Source of the DNA: Eledone cirrhosa
Taxonomy: Eukaryota
Direction: 5' to 3'
DNA length: 64,000 nt
Assembly (NCBI GenBank): GCA_964016885.1
Contig: OZ024761.1
Coordinates: 26,164,001 to 26,228,000 of the forward strand
Of the stretch, positions 13,351-27,085 are shown piece after piece (position 1 is the first letter of the stretch; each line of letters opens with the position of its first letter). Position numbers and translations under genes: made by a program. The notes under the pieces are model-generated. The model made no database searches and was not told the origin of the DNA. It saw nothing but the letters and a program-made list of their open reading frames with translations.

Positions 13351-15199
13351 ATGTCTTCTGGGCACACAAGCAATAGGATGTGTGTTTTACTCCTGCCAGC
13401 GACATATCAAACATATCGGGTTTCCAACAGAGGAAACCCTTCTCATAATCAACAGCGAATGTATGAAGGCCATCTCGATTGCATGAAGAACCGTGGAAAT
13501 AATGATTAAACGATATATGTAACCTCAGCATCTTATTTTGTTATTTTTATGAAATTCTCCACCGTAACTAAAAACTACGGTTGTTGAGAACTTTCTCCTG
13601 CTTACTCCTGTTTGTACCAACACAATCTTTTCGGAACACACGCACACCATACATACATATATACAAACATGAAGGCTACCCCCTCGTTATCTAGTATGGC
13701 CATTGCACGAGGAGAAAAAATATATATATATTATGTAAATAAAAAATAAAAGAAAATAAAAGAAATATATACATATATATATACACACATATATATATAC
13801 ATACACACATATACATTAATAACAATAATAATAATAATAATAACAACAACAACAATAATAATATACATATAGATATATATATATATATATACACACACAC
13901 ACGCGCACACATAAACATATCTATACACACACACACACGATAGCAACTAACAGCGCTGCGATCGAATATGGCTTTTTAGCCCAGCCAATGTTCTAAAATG
14001 CATATATACATACATGTACATACATATACATACATACATACATACATACATATTCAAGGGATGACAATTTCTTTTCTTTTACAACCTTGCCACCAGGAAG
14101 ATGGCTGGTCAAAAAAATATACTCGAAATTAAGAGAAAGAGATAACATACATACATACATACATACAATAGTAGAATACTGCCGGGTTATATCCGTAGTA
14201 CTAAAGCACTCAGTCCATGGGACGAGTTTGGGAGATATAGTTCCACAACAGTTAGTTCACCATACCGAGAACAAATGTTTCACGTTATTCGAATCATCAG
14301 CTCGGTCTAAATGAAGTTGTACGAATACGCATGAGCTTAAACCTTCACTTCTCCTGGAGGAGGTAAACCGACAATTGATTGATGTATGGGAAATAACTGG
14401 ATCTCCGGAGAAAATTGTAGAATACTATAGAATGTTATGTTAGTCAATCTGGAGCTTTGTAATCATGTAATAGGTGTTTCCAGATGTGTGTATATATTCA
14501 AATAGATTTTCCTGTATACTTATATATAAATATAATAAACAGAACGCAAAACGATAAGTTCTTGTTTTGAATATGTCACTATCTGTAGAACAACTTTTAT
14601 ATTTTATCTGATGAGGGTGTACCAAAAATGTTGTTGCCCTTGAAATATATATAATAAAATAAATATGGTTTTATAAAGATAGTTTCCATTTATTAATATT
14701 ATTGATAAATATTTATATATAGGTGTTTATATGTATATCTATATGTGTTTGCGTGTGAGTGCGTACCTGTGAGTTTAGTTTAACCGAAAGTTACATATAG
14801 GTCAGACGAGTGATCCAGCAGCCGTATGATGAACCTCAGTCTAAACATAGCTAGCATTTTTATTTTTATTTCGTCATTGGATATCTTGGACAACATTATG
14901 AATTTGTTCTCATAATCTTTCGTTAAGCAGGAACAGGTAGGTAGGTGTAAAAGCTAAACTCGCTATCTTCAATTTTTTTTTTTTGAAGCCAACGTTTAGC
15001 AATGCTCAAGAATCTTGGATAAGGACCATAAGAACACGATCCCGCTGACTCAGGGTAGACCTCTAGCAAGATGCTTGCATAGATACATGAGCGCGGCTGG
15101 TCTCGTTTGCTGATCCAGCCAGATCAATTGCAAACGATTGCTTCTGACAGAACCCGCTGAAAGAAGTGTCTCGGGACTTTTCCCATCAAGAACCTCTCA

Positions 15200-15450
15200 T
15201 GAAGAAGAAGAAGAAAAAGAAGAAAATTATTTCTTTAATGAATGATCTGCTCCATCGGAGGAAATTTACACGTGTTTCTAAGCTATTGTTTATAGCATTT
15301 GTGGATTGGCAGCAATCGGTAGTGCGTCGGATAATATGCTTGCGGCATACTTTTGGCCCTTTACGTAAGTTCGGATCTGGGGGTTTAGTTCGGATCTAGC
15401 TGTCGAAACGACCGGAGCTTAGTCGTCAGGGTTCTGTTTCTTTTCCTAAA
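15200..15450 (+). repeat. Composite repeat (unique segment + SINE B head + Penelope-like end), copy 2
   Basis: Collinear with the reverse complement of 3935-4150. Has a local duplication of AGTTCGGATCT. Confidence 0.75.
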
Positions 15451-15542
15451 CGTTAACCTAATATAGCCCTTCCATATACTATACCGACTGTGTTGTTCTT
15501 TCTGTTTACTTTTTACACATATATATATATATATATATATAT

Positions 15543-15731
15543 GTCAACTCAGTGCTCCTTTGGGAGCCCCTACATGGACACACTAGAAGAGGAAGACCAA
15601 GGTTAACGTATGTTGATGCCCTAAGGACAGACACTGGTCTGTTGGAGACGCAGGACATGGCAGCGATAATGAGGGACAGAGACCGCTGGAGAGAACTCGT
15701 CCATGGATCTCGGGAATTTTACCCGCCTTAG
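15543..15731 (+). mobile_element. 5'-truncated RTE-clade LINE 3' end
   Basis: Open frame VNSVLLWEPLHGHTRRGRPRLTYVDALRTDTGLLETQDMAAIMRDRDRWRELVHGSREFYPP*, with the RTE C-terminal GxRRRGRP...DRxxWR signature. Inserted in (TA)n. Confidence 0.85.
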
Positions 15732-15762
<31 letters not shown>

Positions 15763-15763
15763 A

Positions 15764-15802
<39 letters not shown>

Positions 15803-15804
<2 letters not shown>

Positions 15805-15945
15805 TTATCAGGGCTTCCTGATTATTTCTCCCGAATGAAACAGTTCTAGTCCTGTAGAAATCTTTTCTATATTAAATATTCATACTCTGCTCTTTGTATT
15901 GAGAACCTTACTTACTGTGGTTACCCCCCGATTGAACCCAGGTCA
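15803..15945 (+). mobile_element. Family P2 copy 2 with hammerhead-like relic
   Basis: CTGATTA-T-TTC-tccc-GAA-T-GAAA-CAG. Homologous to 1297-1420. Confidence 0.55.
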
Positions 15946-15946
15946 A

Positions 15947-15987
<41 letters not shown>

Positions 15988-16499
15988 AGATAAGCAGCAG
16001 CAATTGGCTGTTATTTCTAGGACCTTACGCTTGCTACTGCGTAGAGGATTCACAGGTGAGATGTGACCGGGGTGCGTGTGGCCGGGTTAAGTGTACTGTT
16101 GGAGAGCTAGAAGAGAGGAGGCCTAGATTAGGGTTATTCTAAATAAAAGAACCACAACATAATCCTCACCACCAGAACTACTACCAACACCCACAAAAAA
16201 CATGAAACACCATAAATATAATATCGTTTCCATATCGTGTATTAGTAAATATGTCTATAGATAGAAATCGATAATTTCTGACATGAAGAGAAGCCAATAT
16301 CGTATAGAATTATTTGTTGTTCCTGCTGTCGTTGATGTCATTGCTGATGTTGCTGTTGCTGCTACTGATGCAGTTATAACTGATCTCTATTTAGACATTA
16401 CTGTTCAATTCAATTCAATCAGTGATTTTCCCGCGAGAATATCGCCCACACACGCCTTCCCCACCACACCAGCCACCCCGACCACACGCACCATACCAG

Positions 16500-18090
16500 C
16501 CACCACACAACACGACCACATCAGCCCCCGCACCACCACGTCCACAACAGCCCCCGAACCAACACGACCACATCAGCCACCGCAACACCACGACCACATC
16601 AGCCCCCCGCACCACCACGACCACTTCAGCCAGCACACCAGCACGACCTAATCAACGCACCACCACGACCCCCCCCTCCCCGGACCACCACAACCACATC
16701 AGCCTCCCCGCACCACCACGACCACATCAGCCCCCCGCACCATCACGACCACATCAGCCCCCGCACCACCACGACCACATCAGCCAGCACACCACCACGA
16801 CCACATCAGCCACCCGCACCACCAAGACCACATCCCCCCCCCCGCTCCACCTCGACCACATCAGCCTCCCCGCACCACCACGACCACATCAGCCTCCCCG
16901 CACCACCACGACCACATCAGCCTCCCCGCACCACCACGACCACATCAGCCACCCGCACCACCAAGACCCCCCCCCCCCGCTCCACCTCGACCACATCAGC
17001 CTCCCCGCACCACCACGACCACATCAGCCTCCCCGCACCACCACGACCACATCAGACCCCCGCACCACCACGACCACATCAGCCCCCCGCACCACCACGA
17101 CCACATCCCCCCCGCACCACCACGACCACATCAGCCCCCCGCACCATCACGACCACATCACCCACCCGCACCACCAAGACCACATCAGCCCCCCGCACCA
17201 CCACGACCACATCCCCCCCGCACCACCACGACCACATCAGCCACCCGCACCACCAAGACCACATCAGCCCCCCCGCACCACCACGACCACATCAGCCACC
17301 CGCACCACCAAGACCACTTCAGCCAGCACACCAGCACGACCTAATCAACGCACCACCACGACCCCCCCCCCCTCCCCGGACCACCACAACCACATCAGCC
17401 TCCCCGCACCACCACGACCACATCAGCCCCCCGCACCATCACGACCACATCAGCCCCCGCACCACCACGACCACATCAGCCAGCACACCACCACGACCAC
17501 ATCAGCCACCCGCACCACCAAGACCACATCCCCCCCCCGCTCCACCTCGACCACATCAGCCTCCCCGCACCACCACGACCACATCAGCCTCCCCGCACCA
17601 CCACGACCACATCAGCCTCCCCGCACCACCACGACCACATCAGCCACCCGCACCACCAAGACCCCCCCCCGCTCCACCTCGACCACATCAGCCTCCCCGC
17701 ACCACCACGACCACATCAGCCTCCCCGCACCACCACGATCACATCAGACCCCCGCACCACCACGACCACATCAGCCCCCCGCACCACCACGACCACATCC
17801 CCCCCGCACCACCACGACCACATCAGCCCCCCGCACCATCACGACCACATCACCCACCCGCACCACCAAGACCACATCAGCCCCCCGCACCACCACGACC
17901 ACATCCCCCCCGCACCACCACGACCACATCAGCCACCCGCACCACCAAGACCACATCAGCCCCCCCGCACCACCACGACCACATCAGCCACCCGCACCAC
18001 CAAGACCACATCAGCCCCCCCGCTCCACCTCGACACATCAGCCCCCTCGCAGCACCACGACCAAATCAGCCACCGCACCACCACGACCAC
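16500..18090 (+). repeat. C-rich 26-27-bp minisatellite (CACCACCACGACCACATCAGCCCCCCG) with ~692-bp higher-order duplication
   Basis: Unit directly visible. The marker ACCTAATCAACG occurs at ~16646 and ~17339, and identical ORFs start at 17079 and 17771. Confidence 0.92.
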
Positions 18091-18352
18091 ATCAGCCAGC
18101 AGCCACACCACACCACACCACACGACCACGCCAACGACGCTGCCGACGCCACCCTTACCGCGACACATATATTTCACCAATTGACGGTCGCTCATTTATT
18201 TAGAAAATGTGTTTCAGTGCCACGGCATTCAACCCACTTCGTCATTTGACTATTCATTTTGGGTGCCAGCAAAACATTCCTAATTGTTTTCAAATACTTG
18301 TGTGCCCACTCACATACATACATACACACGCACACACTCGCATATATATGTG

Positions 18353-18386
<34 letters not shown>

Positions 18387-18399
18387 TATAGTATTTGCT

Positions 18400-18441
<42 letters not shown>

Positions 18442-18509
18442 GCTCTTATGTATATATGCTCCTATATATATATATATATATATAGTATATGCTCTTATGT
18501 ATATATGCT

Positions 18510-18546
<37 letters not shown>

Positions 18547-18581
18547 TATACTGTTATATATATAGTATATGCTCTTATATA

Positions 18582-18638
<57 letters not shown>

Positions 18639-18765
18639 TATACTGTTATATATATAGTATACACTGTTATATATATAGTATATACTGTTATATATATAGT
18701 ATATGCTCTTATATATATATATATATATATATAGTATATACTGTTATATATATATAGCATATGCT

Positions 18766-18810
<45 letters not shown>

Positions 18811-18817
<7 letters not shown>

Positions 18818-19073
18818 AATTAGTCCCTCGTCAGTGATTTGCCAACCATCATTGGTATTTCATCGCATTAAAAATCATATACCTCAGGTTGGTGCGAGCA
18901 ATAACTAAAAATGTTGTTTACTTGTCTCACTCGCTTTAAGCGACTCACTTGTCCCAACTTGTCCCAATAGCTTTTTTTAGTTATTGCTCGCACCAACCTG
19001 AGGTATATGATTTTTAATGCGATAAAATACCAATGATGGTTGGCAAATCACTGACGAGGGACTAATTTTATAA
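18811..19073. repeat. Inverted repeat with ~100-bp arms and ~65-bp spacer, in (TA)n
   Basis: ATTATAAAATTAGTCCCTCGTCAGTG...ACTAAAAA / TTTTTAGT...CACTGACGAGGGACTAATTTTATAAT, near perfect. Confidence 0.9.
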
Positions 19074-19118
19074 TATGTAACCCATGTGCAACCACGCAGT
19101 ATTTCTCTTTGTTCTCAT

Positions 19119-19154
<36 letters not shown>

Positions 19155-19220
19155 TATGCTCTTATATATATATTATATGTGCTCTTATATATATATATAT
19201 ATATATGTAGTATATGCTCC

Positions 19221-19251
<31 letters not shown>

Positions 19252-19384
19252 TATGCTCTTGTATATATATATATATATATATATATATTTAAAACGATTG
19301 ACTTTCGTCAAATCGGACCGACGAAACAATGTTTCCGTTGGTCTTTCCAATTGCTAATACTATCTATCGGTCGCAACTCCAGGT

Positions 19385-19502
19385 AGAAGGAACAACATGA
19401 AATAAAGTGTCTTGCTCAAGGACATAACGCATCGCCCTGTCCAGGAATCGAACTCACAACCTTACGATTGCGAATCCAATTCTCTAATCACTCAGCCACA
19501 CG

Positions 19503-19506
<4 letters not shown>
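19385..19506 (-). mobile_element. SINE family A, 5' part
   Basis: Reverse complement of the tRNA head and GTCCTTGAGCAAGACACTTT. Confidence 0.8.
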
Positions 19507-19536
<30 letters not shown>

Positions 19537-19638
19537 TGGGGTGGGGGGGGGGCTACTGTATAGCCCATATATATATGTATATATATATATATATGACAGT
19601 GTGTGTGTGTGGGGGGGGGGGTATAACCCATATATTTA

Positions 19639-19673
<35 letters not shown>

Positions 19674-20250
19674 TGACAGTGTGGGAACTTATGTAAACCG
19701 TATATATATATGTTTATATATGCGTGTGTGGGGGATGGTGTATATCCTATATATATATACATATAACCGTTTAAGCATAAACCCAAGCATCTATATTAAT
19801 AAACAAACTTCCATTTATGTTAGATCTTTTTTATAAACAAAAACGATGCATCAAAAGCTACAACAACGACAATAGCAACAATGACAACAAAAACGACGAC
19901 AACAACGACAACAACAACAACAGTATAAAAAACACCAACTTAGGCAACACTTAATACATAAATCAATGGAAAACATACGAATACCTTCAAATGAAATCTT
20001 CCTAAAATGTCTATCACAAAAAATATAAACAAAAGTTTTGTTGTTTGTTTTTCAATGAGGAAATACACTAAAGTTTTACAAAGAGAGTTTAGGAATAAAA
20101 TTTTACTTTTGGCTAAAGAACAAAAAGAAAACAGCTACATAACCTGCCACCTGGGGATACAAGGAAAAATAAACATGGCCGTTAAAGTGTGAAATGTGCT
20201 CTTCTTAATAATTTTTGTTAACATATTCTGAATATGATTTATTCCTTCAG

Positions 20251-20356
20251 ATCAGAGAGTGCAACAGAAATATCAACTGTTTCTAGCAAGAGCTGAGAAG
20301 CAAGATTGCAAATGTTTAAGAAGAGAAATATGCCGGAATGTTACTGTCAGCCATAG
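20251..20356 (+). CDS. Candidate internal exon (phase 1 to 2), unknown product
   Basis: tttattccttcAG acceptor and AG|GTATAG donor, single open frame QRVQQKYQLFLARAEKQDCKCLRREICRNVTVSH. No homology recognised. Confidence 0.28.
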
Positions 20357-20627
20357 GTATAGCTTTTTGGTAAAGAAGATCCTTTTGTGCTTGCAGCTAC
20401 GTTGTTTCGAGTTACGACACCCGAGTACATCTTGGGCAAGTGCCCTCCTGGTATAGATAGCATCGAGTAGACCAAAACTGTGTAAGTGAAATATGTGAGA
20501 CAGACACCTATCCTATATATGTGTGTGTGACCGCTCACACCTATGCAGGTTTAGCTGCCCTCCTCCAAGATATATCTCGTTGGAGGTGTCTTGGGTAATT
20601 TAATGATAGGGACTCCAGTCCTATCAT

Positions 20628-20770
20628 CTCATTTCTACAGCTGAGTAAACTGGAGCAACGTGAAATAAAGTGTCTTGCTCAAGGAAACTACACATCACCC
20701 GGTCCGAGAATTGAACTCACAACCTTCCGATTTCAAGCCCAATGCTCTAACCACTAAGCCATGGGCCTTC
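20628..20770 (-). mobile_element. SINE family A, 5' part
   Basis: Reverse complement of head (TGGCTTAGTGG) and core. Confidence 0.8.
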
Positions 20771-20794
20771 ACTATCCTATATATACTAAACGAT

Positions 20795-20948
20795 GAATTG
20801 GGGGAGGTGGTAGAACGTTGGATATGTGGTTGGGGTATTCGTTTCATCGCTCTGCTCTCTGAGTTCAAATCCCTCCGAGGTCAACTTTGCCTTTCATCCA
20901 TTCGAGGTCAATAAAAAAAAGAATACCAGCCTGATACTGGGGTCAATT
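20795..20948 (+). mobile_element. SINE family B, diverged
   Basis: GAGTTCAAATCC...GAGGTCAACTTTGCCTTTCATCC. Confidence 0.75.
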
Positions 20949-21651
20949 ATTCGTTTATGTCTCTTTGTTACTTCATTCCACTCACTTCCTATCTTTCTCT
21001 GTAAGACATTTGCTGTATACAGACATGGTGTGGGATAAGCTCCACCAGACTAAAAATTCCCTTGAAACGCTATATGCCAATATAGCGCTCTTTCGTCTCC
21101 ATCGGGGCCTGAATGGATATATAAGAAGAGTTGGGCCTAACTTTCAAGGGTGAGTCAGATGTGGAATGCAATTAAATAGAATACATTAGCTTAAGTTCGA
21201 GTATAGCCTTGGTTTATTAGTGTTTTAAATATTTATATATTACTAAAAGTCTGTGCTTGCTTGCATGCTTGTCTGTAATGTAATACAGCCAAAAGGGCAG
21301 ATAATGGGAAAATATTTTCAAAGGAAGTTGACCCTGAAATGGGAATACAAATGGAATAAAACAAGTTTCGCGTAAATCGGAGCACTTGTTTCCGAGATAT
21401 GGGGGTTTTCCGGGTACCTTCATAAACAAAGAGTGAGAAAGATAGAGAGCAAGGGATAGTGGTTGGGACAGAATAGATTGAAAGAGAGACATAGGGAGAA
21501 GGAGAATGGACAAGAGCTGGTGGTGTTGTTGTGTATATATATGCGTGTGTGCGTGTGTATATGTATGTGTTTGTCTATGACCAGTGCATACAGATCACAG
21601 ACACCCACACATATATGTACACATACATATATATATATGTATACGCACACG

Positions 21652-21682
<31 letters not shown>

Positions 21683-22794
21683 GGGCCTTCCAGTTTCATT
21701 TCACATTATATACATGTCTGTGTATATTTTGATTATTTAAAAATTGTTAAGTGAACATGATTTAAAAAAAATATTTTGAAGTCAACGTGACCCAACGGGT
21801 CACTGGTGAGCCAACAATATATAATATGCTCTCCCAAACGGCGTACCTCGTCACTGGGGTGCGCCATCATATATAATGAGGTGTGCCGTGAGAAAGAAAG
21901 ATTCTATTTCAAAATTTGAAAAGTATATTTTGTATTTCGTATTATGGATGATCAGTACTAGAGAAAGAATGTGAGTAAAAATGGGTGGAGAAGTAAGGGT
22001 GAGAGGAGGAATGTGTGGCAAAGGATGGTACTAAAATGGGGAGAGAGAGAAAGTGAACAAAGAAGGTGAGACAGATTTTAAGATTCGAACCCAGACTGAG
22101 AACAGCGATATCTGTTGTGAAATCACTCCCCATCAAATCATAGGTCTCCAAAGATGAAATTTACCAGATTTTCACGCAAGGTTTGAACTCAGAGAGCAGA
22201 ACAATCTATTCGATTTTCTAACAACCCTATCGTATACGTCGTTGCCTAATACTAATAATCTATTGTACGTGTGCGGTCGGTGGAGATTAAAAGCTTATGC
22301 CTGCTGCAAAATCGCCCCATCAACTAGGAGCTATTCTAAGACGAAGTTTTACAAGATTTTCATGCGTTTGTTATCAGAGACAAGGAAACACATTTCGCCA
22401 TCTAAAGAAAATTTACAGTCGGTTTCCTTTTGTTCATAATTTATGTTCAATTGAGAAACGCCTGATTGATGATAATGGGCGACATGCTTTGCCATTTCTC
22501 TTACAATAAAACCCACCCTATATAGGCATTATTTTATATGATTCGAGCGCCCAGCCATAAAAATAAATCAATTCTTCCCATTTGTTGTTTCAGAAGGCAA
22601 CGCATTTTACTGACAGCTTTGTGGCGTTTCAAGACAGGCTCTATATAAATATATAGACCCATTCTAAAGATGCAATGCATGTAACAATAAATGTGTTTAT
22701 GTCTGTGTATGTATGAGGGTTATGGTGTAAGCATAAAAGTAGAAGTTCCTAAAGTATGATATATATAAGTATATATATAGCGACGCGCACAAAG

Positions 22795-22804
22795 ACACAC
22801 ACAC

Positions 22805-22872
<68 letters not shown>

Positions 22873-22878
22873 ACACTT

Positions 22879-22910
<32 letters not shown>

Positions 22911-22951
22911 ACCCACACACACACATACACACGCAAGCATACACACGCAAG

Positions 22952-22988
<37 letters not shown>

Positions 22989-23073
22989 AGTGTAATTAAT
23001 ACACGCTATGCTATGTACGTATATATATAGAGAGAGAGAGAGATAGATTTATATATGCATATATAAATCTATA

Positions 23074-23124
<51 letters not shown>

Positions 23125-23332
23125 ACACACATATGTATATGTAAATACGTATATATAGATATAGATATGCCTGTGTGTTTGTATGTGTGCGTTAGTGATT
23201 GTGTGGGTGTGTATGAGGATGTTTCACAATAAGAGGATATAGATGCATATATAACAAACACATCCAAAGCTGGATATCTGCATATACAGTAAGGGTCCAA
23301 TGATTTTACCCATGATGGAGTGCTTGTACATA

Positions 23333-23388
<56 letters not shown>

Positions 23389-23474
23389 TATATATGCGTA
23401 TATACGTATACGGATATATATATATATATATGTGTGTGTATAGATAGAGGTATATATGCGTATATATGTATACT

Positions 23475-23505
<31 letters not shown>

Positions 23506-23648
23506 ATATATAGAGGTATATATGCGTATATATGTATACTTATATATATATATATGTGTGTGTATATATAGAGGTATATATGCGTATATATGTATACTTA
23601 TATATATATGTGTGTATATATAGAGGTATATATGCGTATATATGTATA

Positions 23649-23709
<61 letters not shown>

Positions 23710-23908
23710 ATATATAGAGGTATATATGCGTATATATGTATACTTATATATATATATATATATGTGTATACATAGAGGTATATATGTATACTTATATATA
23801 TATGTGTGTATATGTATATGTATATAAATGTATATAGAGGTATATATGCGTATTCACGTATACTTACATATATATATATATATATAAATACATGCGTATA
23901 TACGTATA

Positions 23909-24004
<96 letters not shown>

Positions 24005-24486
24005 GTATAACACCAAACGTGTGAGAACAATATGTTGTTATATGCCCAAATTACTTTGAATCAATTCATACGATAATAAAGGTTTAAGGTTGGAAAGTTC
24101 TTTACTAGTGTAGCACGTAAGCTATCTCGGTGGATTTTTAAACACAGACCGGAATGCCACCAAGGAATAAAGGTGGGAATAGTATTTATGTAAGCTATAT
24201 AGATGTGGTAGTACCCAACGCAAGTGCCAACTGTGTGTGGTTTTATGGGCCCGAATTACTGAGATTCGTTTCTGAGAATAAAGGCATGGTTGTAAACAGT
24301 ATTTAAAATAGATTGTCAGGGCATAAAATATTGGTGTCATAGGTTCGATCTAAGTTTAAGTATATATATAGAAAGATAAATACATACATATCATATGTAT
24401 AAATATACTATAAATATACGTATGTGTATATATATAAATATATACTTATATATGTATATATATATAGAGATAGATACATAGATAGA

Positions 24487-24538
<52 letters not shown>

Positions 24539-24544
24539 TGCATA

Positions 24545-24590
<46 letters not shown>

Positions 24591-25986
24591 GATAGATGCA
24601 TATATATACATATATATATATATATATGTATTTATAATTATGTATATATAAATATATATACATAGATAGATGCATATATTTACATATATATATATATATA
24701 TATGTATGTATAATTATGTATATATAAATATATATGTGTGTATATATATATAATATATATATATAAATATATATACATAGATAGATGCATATATATATAT
24801 GAATGTATATATATGTATATATAAATATATATGTATGTATATGTAAATATATATGTAAATATATATATATATATATATATAGGTATATATATATAGAGAG
24901 AGATAGATAGATAGATGCATATATATGTATATATATAGAGATAGATAGATGCATATATATGTATATATATAGAGATAGATAGATGCATATATATGTATAT
25001 ATATAGAGATAGATAGATGCATATATATATATATACATATATATATGTATATATAATTATATATGTCTGAATATAAAAATATATATGTATATGTAAATAT
25101 ATATATAGGTATATATATATATATGTGTGTGTGTGTGAGTATATATATTTGTATATATATATATTGGCGTCCTTTCAAATTACCGTAACACGTATTATAT
25201 TTTTGATTTGTTTTTGCTTGTTTTTTCATCTGAACATTTGTAGTTTGTGTGGAAAGATATTAAATGGAATATATTGATGCTTGTGAGTTAGAATCCCTTT
25301 TGTTCTCGGTCGAGCGTTGAAACGCCATTATAAGATCCCTTGTATGTGTTCGGAAGGAAACATGTGTATATAAATATATATATATATATGTATATATATA
25401 TGTATATATGTATGTATATATGTATATAAATATATATATATGTATGTATGTATATATGTATATAAATATATATATAAATATATATATAAGTATGTATGTA
25501 TATATGTATGTATGTGTGTATGTATATAAATATATAAATATATGTATGTGTATATAGGTGTATATATATATATATGTATGTATATAAATATATGTATGTA
25601 TATGTATGTGTATATATGTATATATATGTGTATATATGTATATATATGTGTATATATGTATATATATGTGTATGTATGTATATATGTGTATGTATGTATA
25701 TATATGTGTATGTATGTATATATATGTGTGTATGTATGTATATATATGTGTATATATATATGTGCATATGTATATATATATATGTGCATATATATGTATA
25801 TATATATGTGTGTATATATATATGTGTGCATATATATGTATATATATGTGTCTATATATATATATATGTGTATATATATGTGTCTATATATATATATATA
25901 TGTGTATATATATGTCTATATATATATGTGTATATATATGTGTGTATATACGTGTATATATATGTGTGTTTATATATGTGGATATA

Positions 25987-26041
<55 letters not shown>

Positions 26042-26138
26042 GTATATATATATATATACATACTTATACATTTACATATATATATACATATATATCTATA
26101 TACATATATACACATATATATATACATATATACACATA

Positions 26139-26175
<37 letters not shown>
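22795..26175. repeat. Compound (CA)n, (TA)n, (TATG)n microsatellite region with short unique islands
   Basis: Directly visible. Confidence 0.9.
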
Positions 26176-26177
<2 letters not shown>

Positions 26178-26532
26178 GAGGAAGAGATACATAGATAGTA
26201 AGAAAAAAATAGATAGGTAGCGATAGATAGACAGATTGAGAGATAGAAAGGGTGACAGAGAAAGTAGAGAGTAAGAGAGTAACATGTTAGACCAATAGAG
26301 TTGATGGAACTCTACTCCTTACTATTTATTCCGGCCTATGAGATATCTATAAATGTAATTTCTTTCAGGGTAAGGTAAATGGTGAAAGAAAGAGAGTGAC
26401 AGAGAGTGAGGCATAGATAGAGAGAGAAGGAGCAATTGAGTGAGAGCGCGGTGCGACAGGGAACATACAGTTGGTTGGATCCCCCAAAACCTTCGTTCTT
26501 TGTACAGGACTATAACCTATCCATCTTTGTAT

Positions 26533-26612
26533 GGAAATGCAGGATATGGCAGCGATAATGAGGGACAGAGACCGCTGGAGAGAACTCGTCCATGGATCTC
26601 GGGAAATTTACC
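26533..26612 (+). mobile_element. Extreme 3' end of the same RTE LINE as 15543-15731, with (TAGA)n tail
   Basis: Near-identical GCAGGATATGGCAGCGATAATGAGGGACAGAGACCGCTGG...TACCCGCCTTAGATAGATAGAT. Confidence 0.85.
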
Positions 26613-26658
26613 CGCCTTAGATAGATAGATATATATGAACACAAACACACACAGACAC

Positions 26659-26714
26659 CCGGATGTGGCGCATGCGCAAACTGAGCGCGCAACCCACAAA
26701 CATACAAAATGGCG
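26659..26714 (+). promoter_or_regulatory. Cluster of ETS-, NRF1- and YY1-like motifs (possible promoter)
   Basis: CCGGATGT 26659-26666, GCGCATGCGC 26668-26677, CAAAATGGCG 26705-26714. Motif matches only. Confidence 0.35.
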
Positions 26715-26760
26715 TAGGATAGAAGAAAGGGAAGGCACAGAAACGAAGAAAGAAATCCCC

Positions 26761-26805
26761 AGTCACTGAAGAGGTCACAGAGTGTGTGACGAAAGAACTA
26801 TGACT
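26761..26805 (+). ncRNA. Minimal type I hammerhead ribozyme, intact core, predicted CUA cleavage after 26800
   Basis: AGTCA-CTGAAGA-G-GTCACA-gagtg-TGTGAC-GAAA-G-aa-C-TA-TGACT: 5-bp stem I, 6-bp stem II, minimal stem III. Confidence 0.75.
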
Positions 26806-27085
26806 ATATATATATAAACAACTATCTGGTTGTGGAACCAACCAACCAACCAGAAATTTATAAATTTGTAAATTTATAAATATATATTAAATTAAATTGA
26901 AGTGAAAGCAACTGGTGCGTGTGTTTCTTATTGGCAACATGACCCTCCCAAAGTATAACAATATCGGTTTCAACACACGATTTCAGATAAAGAATCTTGC
27001 TAAACAAATTCAGAAACGAAATATATATGTATGTATATATATAAATATATATGTATGTATATATATAAATATATATATATATATA

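Noticed and set aside
13405-13447. Further hammerhead-like relics (13405-13447 -, 20395-20442 -, 25325-25366 +, 1700-1735 -)
   Set aside because: Each has two or more core mismatches or incomplete stems and cannot be distinguished from chance by eye.
14051-14646. Possible Tc1/mariner relic (TATTCAAGGG ... CCCTTGAAATA ends)
   Set aside because: The terminal match is short and no transposase motif could be read.
16422-18203. 593-aa Pro/His/Thr-rich mucin-like ORF
   Set aside because: The unit length varies and shifts frame, so three reading registers alternate. The T-poor strand lacks stops by composition.
21788-21808. GTGACCC/GGGTCAC hairpin plus CTGGT as a Helitron 3' end (similar idea at 56950-56978)
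   Set aside because: The spacing is atypical and no matching 5' end or second copy was seen.
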